Shown: piece by piece, positions 7,201-14,153 of the stretch | Numbering within the stretch: the first letter of the stretch is position 1 | How the letters are laid out: the number at the start of each line of letters is the position of its first letter | IMG/VR virus record: IMGVR_UViG_3300027976_000037 | Span: 1-62,139 of that record | Strand: one strand, 5' to 3' | Length of the DNA: 62,139 bases | Source: a virus | Taxonomy: Duplodnaviria; Caudoviricetes | The notes under the pieces: generated by a model | Seen by the model: the letters and a program-made list of their open reading frames with translations, nothing else | Told to the model about the DNA's origin: nothing | Database searches by the model: none | Made by a program: the position numbers and the translations under genes

Positions 7201-7315
7201 TTACACAGGCCAAACAGAGTTGCATCTGGTGGTCGTAAACCTAGAGGCCCGGTTAAGAGCCAAGCGTACATGCAATCGCTGGTAAACTCGGGGACGAAGA
7301 CTGCGGTCTGTGTGA
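7201..7315 (+). ncRNA. unclassified structured RNA
   Basis: 11-bp closing helix TTACACAGGCC/GGTCTGTGTGA with internal GTTGCAT/ATGCAAT stem. Confidence 0.5.
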
Positions 7316-7318
7316 TAT

Positions 7319-7394
7319 TGCCTTGTAGCGTAATGGTTATCGCAACTCTCTCTGAAAGAGTGGACTGAAGGTTCGAGTCCTTCCGAGGCAGCCA
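7319..7394 (+). tRNA. tRNA-Gln(CTG)
   Basis: TGCCTTG/CGAGGCA acceptor, ACTCT-CTCTGAA-AGAGT arm, GCCA. Confidence 0.9.
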
Positions 7395-7462
7395 ATTTAG
7401 TTGTTGACATTTTATAAACGACAGTTCATTATGAACTCTTGTTATTTGACATATAAATTTAC

Positions 7463-7554
7463 GGACATGTGGTGTAATGTAGCACCGCTAGTTTTATAAA
7501 CTAGGCGCACCCGATAGGTGCCGAGTGTGGGTTCAAGTCCCTCCATGTCTACCA
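7463..7554 (+). tRNA. tRNA with UAU anticodon (nominal Ile) and long variable arm
   Basis: GGACATG/CATGTCT acceptor, CTAGT-TTTATAA-ACTAG arm, GCACC-CGATA-GGTGC variable stem, ACCA. Confidence 0.85.
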
Positions 7555-7556
7555 AT

Positions 7557-7890
7557 TTTCAGAGTATGTGACCTTACGCGGGGCGAAAGTAAAACCTCGA
7601 GGAAGTTCGCTGCTGCTTAACTCGATGCTGGAAGAGCAATGCTGAATCGATGACAGTCATAGTGTCTGAGTCCAAATCAGAAGGGTCTATGGATCTCAAT
7701 CCTCAAGCGGTTCGTTATTACCACAAATCCGCAGTAACCTAAAAATCCTAGAGTATGTGAGTTATACGTTAATATAGGAAGGTCGGGGCCTCTTCTTGAA
7801 AAAGGAAGAACGGAATTTATTCCGTAGAGAAATGTAAGGTCAGGAGCTGAAAGGCTCTGGACAGAACAGCGGCTATAGCATATTTTGAAA
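7557..7890 (+). ncRNA. rnpB: RNase P RNA (divergent)
   Basis: P1 TTTCAGAGTATGT/GCATATTTTGAAA; CR-I-like GAGGAAGTTCGCTGC; CR-V-like ACAGAACAGCGGCTATA; complementary P4 strands. Confidence 0.8.
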
Positions 7891-7950
7891 ACATTTTAAA
7901 TATTAAGGTTTCGTTTGAAAGAAATCGTTAGTTCGAATATACTCATATAC

Positions 7951-8262
7951 ATGAAGTGTGAAAAATGTAATAATCAACACGATGGAAAATATGGTAGTGG
8001 AAGATTTTGCTCTTGTGAATGTGCTCGTTCTTTTTCAACCACAATTAAACGAGAAGAAATAAAAGTCGTGATTCTGTGGAATGGGAATTGGCATCGAAAA
8101 AAATTAATGAGAAAACATAGTGTAAAGCAGGTAAAGAACAGAGACAAAATTAAAATTTCGGAAATATTGAAAGCGGGTTATGCTGCGTACGTAATTGATG
8201 ATTATAGAAAATTCAATCGAAAGTTTGTAGAATCCGAATTTAACAAATTTATGGTGGGTTAG
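7951..8262 (+). pseudogene. internally deleted homing endonuclease remnant
   Basis: CEKC...GSGRFCSCECARSF Zn-finger joined directly to a WNGNWH...RDKIK..I...GY nuclease-type tail; catalytic core appears missing. Confidence 0.55.
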
Positions 8263-8327
8263 TTTATGTGGTAAAACTCTGGTTTCATAAGCCAAGATAG
8301 CGGATTCAAACGCCGCACTCACTTCCA
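8253..8327 (+). tRNA. tRNA-Met(CAT)
   Basis: GGTGGGT/ACTCACT acceptor, TGGT-TTCATAA-GCCA arm, CCA. Confidence 0.75.
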
Positions 8328-8342
8328 ATTTATAATAGATAT

Positions 8343-8418
8343 GCCTTGTAAGTTCTGATGGCGGAACAGGTTCTTGGTAAGAACACGGTGGCCAGTTCGA
8401 TTCTGACACAAGGCTCCA
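8343..8418 (+). tRNA. tRNA-Thr(GGT)
   Basis: GCCTTGT/ACAAGGC acceptor, GTTC-TTGGTAA-GAAC arm, TCCA. Confidence 0.85.
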
Positions 8419-8621
8419 CTATACGCTCGCCTGATAACTGGCATTGAGGTACTGATAAAACATGAATAACAATGAAAACTGCTCACACCAATCGCAGAAA
8501 GCAACAAGTGGCCAAGTTAAATAAAGGTTGGTGTGACAGTTGCGACCGGATTATTCGATGATAATCATTGATGCTTGTGTGGCACATCATCCAGTCTCGC
8601 TGAAAATCTAACAAACAATCT

Positions 8622-8707
8622 CCTCACATGGCGTAATGGTAGCCGCAGAGGTCTTAAAAACCTTTGGTAAATATACCGTGCCGGTTCGACTCCGGCTGTG
8701 AGGACCA
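8622..8707 (+). tRNA. tRNA-Leu(TAA)
   Basis: CCTCACA/TGTGAGG acceptor, GAGGT-CTTAAAA-ACCTT arm, long variable arm, ACCA. Confidence 0.9.
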
Positions 8708-8712
8708 CTTCT

Positions 8713-8797
8713 GGGCATGTGGATAAGGCAAGTTGGTACAACCGTCCGACTCAAAATCTTCTATCCTATATGGGTTTGAGTCCCTTCATGCCTACCA
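8713..8797 (+). tRNA. degenerate tRNA-Leu(CAA)
   Basis: GGGCATG/CATGCCT acceptor, GA-CTCAAAA-TC weak anticodon stem, ACCA. Confidence 0.5.
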
Positions 8798-8868
8798 CGC
8801 ATCCCTTGGAAGGGTGTCGAAAGACCTCATCCAAGCCCCTCAACCCGTTTGGGCTGAGGTCATTTTAT

Positions 8869-8944
8869 GGGAGACTGGCGCAACGGTTAGCGCAGCTCGT
8901 TTACACCGAGAAGGTTCACGGTTCGAATCCGTGGTTTCCCACCA
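8869..8944 (+). tRNA. tRNA-Val(TAC)
   Basis: Canonical cloverleaf, CTCG-TTTACAC-CGAG arm, CCA. Confidence 0.92.
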
Positions 8945-9213
8945 TTTAACCCACAAACTAGGAGTAAGAAAATATGACACAACTAAACGCAAGACAATAA
9001 AAATAACCGATAAGCATAGACAAGACTATAAATTGTATGAAAAATTTTCAACCATGACTATTATGTGGCCATGTAATGAAACAACTGACCCAGATGGGTA
9101 TTCGCCAATTGAGTGTTTTGTTTATAACAAAAAACTCAATTTTTCACGTCTTTAATGTTTTTCGGTGATATATATAGACTTAGAGACAACTCAAATTTAA
9201 CCCACCAAACATT

Positions 9214-9528
9214 ATGGAAATCGTACAAACAGTCATCGGCCTATTAGTAGTAGGAGCAGTTGCATTCTTCATCTGGAAGAACATGAAAAAGGCAGAAGCA
9301 ACAACACCAACACCGGGTCCATTCGTTCCTCCGGGTCCAGCACCAACACCGACGGGCGGCACATCAGTTTATGACGTGTTCTCACCGGGCGGAGTCCAAG
9401 GTGATGTCACCTATTATAACGCAGCTGGTCAGCAAGTCACTGATATCATCACACCTCCTTCAATCCGCATCATCGCACAAGACGGTATGCCAATCGACGG
9501 TAATTATGGTATCATCAACAAACTGTAA
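9214..9528 (+). CDS. membrane-anchored protein with Pro/Thr-rich linker
   Basis: N-terminal TM helix, TPTPGPFVPPGPAPTPT linker. Confidence 0.75.
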   Translation: MEIVQTVIGLLVVGAVAFFIWKNMKKAEATTPTPGPFVPPGPAPTPTGGTSVYDVFSPGGVQGDVTYYNAAGQQVTDIITPPSIRIIAQDGMPIDGNYGIINKL

Positions 9529-9551
9529 TTGACTATTCAAGTTTAATTCTC

Positions 9552-9582
9552 AAATCCCATACCAAAAGGTGTGGGATTTTTT
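9552..9582 (+). terminator. intrinsic terminator
   Basis: AAATCCCATACC-AAAA-GGTGTGGGATTT followed by T tract. Confidence 0.7.
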
Positions 9583-9584
9583 GT

Positions 9585-9659
9585 GGACCTGTGGTGAAAC
9601 GGATATCACCTTGCGCTTCGAACGCAAAGTTCTGGGTTCGATTCCCAGCGGGTCTACCA
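9585..9659 (+). tRNA. tRNA-Arg(TCG)
   Basis: TTGCG-CTTCGAA-CGCAA arm, canonical fold, CCA. Confidence 0.92.
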
Positions 9660-9721
9660 CTATGAATGACGAAGAAAAATTATTAAAACAAATATTTGGA
9701 GAAAAATCAAATGCTCTTTAC

Positions 9722-9770
9722 GACTCCGTTAGCAGAAAGCCCACCGATCTTTAGTCGGTGGGATGAATGC
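9722..9770 (+). mobile_element. orphan IS200/IS605 left end
   Basis: TTAC|N14-AAAG-CCCACCGATCTTTAGTCGGTGGGATGAAT; hairpin identical to the left end of the 859-2261 element. Confidence 0.85.
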
Positions 9771-9963
9771 GTTAGCCCTGATTCTATGTGAAATTGATTG
9801 GAACACGGTATATAAAAAAGGAATTTTTTGTGAAAATGACTTGGACATGTTCTCAGAGTTAAAAAAAATAGTACAAGCGAATGAGGTTGATGATGAAAGA
9901 TATTATCGGTGAGGCTCATTCTAAGGAGGGAAGGCCATCCTCCGACGGATGATTCTCCGCATT

Positions 9964-10054
9964 GGAAGATTAACCAAGCAGGGTCTTGGAACTGTTTCGA
10001 AAACAGATTGCTCGGTGAAAGCCGAGTGGGCTTCGATTGCTCAGTCTTCCGCCA
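9964..10054 (+). tRNA. tRNA-Ser(CGA), 8/4-compatible
   Basis: GGAAGATT/AGTCTTCC acceptor, CTGT-TTCGAAA-ACAG arm, long variable arm; 3' end identical to tRNA-Ser(GCT). Confidence 0.9.
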
Positions 10055-10164
10055 TTTGGGATAACCGCTACAATGATCGGTATTTAGGTCTTATACCAAG
10101 GAATCATGACCTAGTAAATGTAAATCCTGTCCCAATTAATTTCCCCAATTCTAAAAAGAAATGT

Positions 10165-10210
10165 TTGACAACCAACTGATAGTGTGTATAGTTGGTGATG
10201 TTCTTTAACA
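10165..10210 (+). promoter_or_regulatory. sigma70-like promoter followed by boxA-like element
   Basis: TTGACA-N16-TATAGT, then TGTTCTTTAACA at 10199-10210. Confidence 0.65.
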
Positions 10211-10211
10211 C

Positions 10212-10382
10212 TTTGAAGTTAGTTCAGTTCAAGATTATGTCGTGAAAACCCGGTAGGCTTACAGAATCGATCATTCTGGCCAAAAGGAAAGTAATTTAGC
10301 GAGAACGCAGGATTTGGAAAAGACTGTCCAAACCATCAGACATTGCGACACCCCCAAGTTAAAAGGGTGGATTAACTTCAAA
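10212..10382 (+). ncRNA. unclassified ~170-nt structured RNA
   Basis: Closing helix TTTGAAGTTAGTTCA/TGGATTAACTTCAAA; TGTCGTGA/TTGCGACA, CAGAAT/ATTCTG and TTTGGA/TCCAAA stems; no convincing ORF. Confidence 0.6.
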
Positions 10383-10385
10383 TAT

Positions 10386-10457
10386 GCGGTTTTAGTGTAT
10401 TGTAGCACGGTGGGCCTCCAGTCCATAGGATCCGGTCATTCCGAGAAAACCGCTCCA
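10386..10457 (+). tRNA. divergent tRNA-Gly(TCC)
   Basis: GCGGTTT/AAACCGC acceptor, U73, GTGGG-CCTCCAG-TCCAT arm; degenerate T-arm. Confidence 0.6.
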
Positions 10458-10459
10458 TC

Positions 10460-10532
10460 TGCAGGATGGTGTAATGGTAGCACGCCACGCTCATAATGTG
10501 GAGATGAAGTTCGACTCTTTCTCCTGCACCCA
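10460..10532 (+). tRNA. tRNA-Met(CAT)
   Basis: TGCAGGA/TCCTGCA acceptor, CCACG-CTCATAA-TGTGG arm, CCA. Confidence 0.85.
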
Positions 10533-10579
10533 ACATGTTTCCAACTGGTCAACTAAAATTACTAGAAGAAAAATATCAC

Positions 10580-10705
10580 GTGAATTACCGTCCCTCTAAA
10601 GAAGGGACGGCTTCTCTGTCTGTGACAGAGGATTTTCCGCGTTTCATAGACTTCGTATCCCTCGCAGATTGCTCTGCTACTCTTCCGAACGCCTCACCGC
10701 TTGAT
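10580..10705 (-). mobile_element. orphan IS200/IS605 right end with omega-RNA-like scaffold
   Basis: Minus strand TCTATGAAACGCGGAAAATCC...GAAG-CCGTCCCTTCTTTAGAGGGACGG-TAAT-TCAC|; no adjacent tnpB; 5' boundary approximate. Confidence 0.75.
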
Positions 10706-10780
10706 AGTTGTATTAAAGAGGATATGGTTAAGAACCAAGCTAGGTTAGCTAAAAACCATACATCGTAAAATTAGGAAAGT

Positions 10781-10813
10781 GGGAGCGAAGATTGAATTCT
10801 TCGCTCTTTTTTT
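10781..10813 (+). terminator. intrinsic terminator
   Basis: GAGCGAAGA/TCTTCGCTC stem followed by T7. Confidence 0.75.
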
Positions 10814-10884
10814 ATGCCTTTCGCCAAACACGTATATAAACAAAAAAACGTATTTTACGAATGAGATTATATTTATAAGAACCT

Positions 10885-11217
10885 ATGAGTCGCATCTACA
10901 TTCCATGGAAATCAATAACGTCTATTTGGAAATCCGCGTCTCAGTTGTGGAGTGAGGCTTGGTATGAAGATGCACCTACAGACGGAAATGGCGCACTTGA
11001 CCCGTCTCAGAATCAGACTCTTTGGAATGCCTGGGCAATCAACCAAAAGAAGAAGAAAAAGAAAATCGAACTCACTTGTATAATCGGTTGGGTACATTTT
11101 GTTCAAACAAAGGGTGCTGACCAAGTTGACGACATACACTTTACATTAGATAGAATGACAATTTCACAAGATACAATGCTCGCTCCAATTGAAGTGACAA
11201 TCCAACCAACCGAATAA
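10885..11217 (+). CDS. hypothetical protein
   Basis: 110-aa ORF after ATATTTATA motif. Confidence 0.7.
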   Translation: MSRIYIPWKSITSIWKSASQLWSEAWYEDAPTDGNGALDPSQNQTLWNAWAINQKKKKKKIELTCIIGWVHFVQTKGADQVDDIHFTLDRMTISQDTMLAPIEVTIQPTE

Positions 11218-11218
11218 T

Positions 11219-11875
11219 ATGTACAAACTCTTCACAGATAAAAACGAACATTTCACCGCTGACGTTTCAGTTAAAAATGCGTCATTAAAAAATTCAACCG
11301 CAAGACTCATAGTGGAATCGGGAGATTTGAACTTGGTGTTTAAAGGGGCAATCGAAAATCAAAAATGTTCAATCCCCATTAAAAAATTGAAGGGTATCTT
11401 GGACGAAAATACCACTGGTAAGATGTATTTGGAAATTATTGTAGAAGATATCTATTTCAAACCTTGGGAGTCAGATTTTATCGTGGAAGAACACACTTCC
11501 ATGAAAGTGGTAGTCCAAGAGCAGACAATTTCTGATAAGCCAATACTTGAAGTAGTCGTGGCTCAGCCTATACAAAAAGAGATTAAAAAAGAAGTTGTGA
11601 CAGAACATAAGACGGTGAAGAAAATTGAAAAAAAGAATGACCGTAAAGCGATACTGGAAAAAAAGAAATTGCTAGAGGCTATTAGATTGGACCCCGCCGA
11701 CGAACTTGTTGGAATTTGTAAAAAAATCGGCCTGTCTGAGGGAAACGCTTCAAAGTCTGATATGTTAGAACTATTGACTGAATATTTTAAAACAAACCCA
11801 TCGTTCGTTGATCGTAAAGAAGTAATCACCCGCGACTTTCTAAAGAAGGTTGGTTTTTCAACTCACAAAGAGTAA
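11219..11875 (+). CDS. hypothetical phage protein
   Basis: 218-aa ORF coupled to the upstream gene. Confidence 0.8.
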   Translation: MYKLFTDKNEHFTADVSVKNASLKNSTARLIVESGDLNLVFKGAIENQKCSIPIKKLKGILDENTTGKMYLEIIVEDIYFKPWESDFIVEEHTSMKVVVQEQTISDKPILEVVVAQPIQKEIKKEVVTEHKTVKKIEKKNDRKAILEKKKLLEAIRLDPADELVGICKKIGLSEGNASKSDMLELLTEYFKTNPSFVDRKEVITRDFLKKVGFSTHKE

Positions 11876-12064
11876 TTTTGACAAGATTTTTGTCAAAAAT
11901 GAACAGCCGGTAAATTGATGCAGGATATTGAAAAGAAAACTGACGACAATCGGGCACTTATTTTAAGTAAATAATAGTTGACTGATACCCAAAGTAGTGT
12001 ATATTTATAGTTGTTCTTAATAGTTCTTCAACCCACGGGTCTAGGACTCTAAAGTAAGGATAAC

Positions 12065-12196
12065 ATGATCACTGATATATTGACCATGCTAGTTTCTTGG
12101 TTTGTTGTGGCCGCTATTGGACTCATGACATACCAAGGATATGACTTCAGTTGTGATTGCAAGTGTGATTACAATTGCAAGTGTAGCAAAAAATAA
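12065..12196 (+). CDS. 43-aa single-TM protein with Cys-rich tail
   Basis: MITDILTMLVSWFVVAAIGLMTYQGYDFSCDCKCDYNCKCSKK; AAGGA just upstream; own promoter and terminator. Confidence 0.55.
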   Translation: MITDILTMLVSWFVVAAIGLMTYQGYDFSCDCKCDYNCKCSKK

Positions 12197-12211
12197 AATA
12201 GAAAACAAAAC

Positions 12212-12242
12212 GGGGAGGGTTGAAATAACCCTCCTCTTTTTT
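12212..12242 (+). terminator. intrinsic terminator
   Basis: GGAGGGTT-GAAAT-AACCCTCC stem followed by T tract. Confidence 0.75.
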
Positions 12243-12309
12243 GATCAAATTTGTTGACATATTAGAATAATGGTATATATTTATAGATAGTTCTTTGATA
12301 AACAATTTT

Positions 12310-12483
12310 AGAAATGTGTGGATATTAAAAGACCGTATTTCATGGAAAAATGGTCAGTCCCTCGATACAAAGTAGGCATCAAGATTTTATTCTTGTTTAA
12401 AATAGCCGAACACGTAGGGATAGGATATGCTATCCGATAAATAGCATCGAAGCTGGCAATCGCTACCAGCCCACACACTTTCT
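12310..12483 (+). ncRNA. unclassified ~175-nt structured RNA upstream of tmRNA
   Basis: AGAAATGTGTGG/CCACACACTTTCT closing helix; GACCGT/ATGGTC, TCCCT/AGGGA, ATGCTAT/ATAGCAT and GCTGG/CCAGC stems. Confidence 0.55.
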
Positions 12484-12489
12484 TTTTAT

Positions 12490-12888
12490 GGGCCTGTTCT
12501 TGGATTCGACTTTATGAGTTGAACTTAGAACGCAAGCGCAGGTGGTAAACATCCTGCATAATCCTGATTACAAAAACATAAATGCAAAGAGAAATCTAGC
12601 AAAGCTCACAGTTCTGTCCCTCGTTCGTAAGAACGTGAACAGCGCTTACGCTGTCGCTGCCTAAGGGTAGCCCGTTTATCTATTCAACGCAGATAGAGTA
12701 GAATAAACGTCAAACATCTGCTGATATGTTCCCTATGAGATATGAGAGTCGGTAATGGGGGAGAAAGTTACAAGATTCTTAACCTTCGTAAAGCGTACAG
12801 CTAATTACGATTGTATCTACGGTACTATGCTTGTAAATGTCTAATGGGCAAATCTTAAAACACGCGGGTTCGACTCCCGCCAGGTCCA
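12490..12888 (+). ncRNA. ssrA: tmRNA
   Basis: 5' GGGCCTG...GGATTCGAC; 3' GCGGGTTCGACTCCCGC-CAGGTCCA with G3-U70; tag ORF 12584-12664 AKRNLAKLTVLSLVRKNVNSAYAVAA*. Confidence 0.92.
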
Positions 12889-12982
12889 GAACGCAGAGAA
12901 TGCCACCTTCACGTTGGTTGCGTTTGAGTAACGCCAAGAGCATTCACATTTTACAGTTGTTGTTTTCATATCTACAAGTAGT

Positions 12983-13030
12983 GGAGTCGAAAAGAAATCG
13001 GTAATATATCAAATCCCGTCGGCTCCACCA
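12983..13030 (+). ncRNA. mini tmRNA-like remnant (5' and 3' termini fused)
   Basis: GGAGTCGAAAAGAAATCG...TCAAATCCCGTCGGCTCCACCA; GGAGTCGA/TCGGCTCC helix and CCA. Confidence 0.5.
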
Positions 13031-13037
13031 AATATTA

Positions 13038-13065
13038 AATCTCACTATAAAAGGTGAGATTTTTT
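13038..13065 (+). terminator. intrinsic terminator closing the RNA island
   Basis: AAATCTCACT/GGTGAGATTT stem followed by T tract. Confidence 0.7.
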
Positions 13066-13165
13066 ATGCTTTCTTATAGTCAAAACAGTGTTGACAAATC
13101 GACTCACGAAATACATACTGATGTTCTTAAATCCTCAAATGGGGAAGTTTAAACCAAACAAACAT

Positions 13166-13378
13166 ATGACAAAGACAAAGACAACACACAACGGTAAGAA
13201 GGTTTCTACCTTCATCAAGAATACGAACTACGAGATTTATTTTTCACGACCAGTAGCTGGCGTAAAGAGTCAATCGAGCCACCTGAACCTTTCCGGGGTC
13301 AATCCTCAGACCGGTGAACGTTCACGCGTTCAACTTGATGGTAAGGCTATCGTAGCTCTTCGCAAGGTTCTCGCCTAA
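13166..13378 (+). CDS. hypothetical protein
   Basis: ORF after TTGACA-N17-CATACT at 13091 and an A-rich leader. Confidence 0.7.
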   Translation: MTKTKTTHNGKKVSTFIKNTNYEIYFSRPVAGVKSQSSHLNLSGVNPQTGERSRVQLDGKAIVALRKVLA

Positions 13379-13445
13379 TATTTCCGGCTGAACTTTTAGT
13401 TTCAATCGACCCTGATGGCCTAAAAATCACAGGGTCTTTCATTTT

Positions 13446-13982
13446 ATGGATAAAATAAGTTACGACGATTACTTCTTGACCATGTGCTATCTAGTGGCCC
13501 AACGCTCACCTGACCCATCTACAAAATGTGGTGCGGTGTTGGTTTCGGCCGACAAGCGTATTTTAAGCACAGGATATAATGGCCCAATCAAAGGGGCCGA
13601 CGATACTCAAGTTCCACTTGAACGTCCTGCTAAATACGCACATATTCTGCATGCCGAGGAAAATTGTGTCATTGCATACAACGGCAGTTCTCAGGACTTG
13701 GTTGGTGCCACCATGTATGTTACGGGTCGTCCATGCCACAACTGCCTGCGTATCATTCTCCAAAAGGGAATTAAAATAATCACTGCCACCGATGGCAACC
13801 ACACAGTCATGCATGATGATACCGAGGAAAAACTCTGTCAACAGATGCTTGGTTATGTCCCCGGCATCACCATGACGGCGGTTCCCAACATTGATAAAGT
13901 GTTGGCCTTACTTGATACCACTAAAAAGTATATTTATGAAAAGAATCCACAACTCACGACTGCTTCCAATTGGAAGAGTTAA
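13446..13982 (+). CDS. dCMP deaminase
   Basis: RSPDPSTKCGA, GYNG, HAEENC and PCHNC motifs. Confidence 0.92.
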   Translation: MDKISYDDYFLTMCYLVAQRSPDPSTKCGAVLVSADKRILSTGYNGPIKGADDTQVPLERPAKYAHILHAEENCVIAYNGSSQDLVGATMYVTGRPCHNCLRIILQKGIKIITATDGNHTVMHDDTEEKLCQQMLGYVPGITMTAVPNIDKVLALLDTTKKYIYEKNPQLTTASNWKS

Positions 13983-14153
13983 AATGTGGGATGGATTATT
14001 GACGGAAACGCAAATTTGTGTATATTTATTGTTTAGAGTAGGTGTAGCTACTCTACAGACTGGCAATCAGCTAGTTAAAATTCAACACAAAAACAAAACT
14101 ATTTCTTGACACTTCTTAAAAAAAGTGTCAAAGTGATATAAATTACTACAACA

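Noticed and set aside
10057-10135. Possible tRNA with a CTTATAC loop
   Set aside because: No consistent cloverleaf or T-loop could be built.
6249-10496. Short ORFs overlapping tRNA and ncRNA genes (e.g. 6249-6506, 8733-9155, 9949-10179, 10314-10496)
   Set aside because: They are incidental read-throughs of GC-rich RNA genes with no protein motifs.
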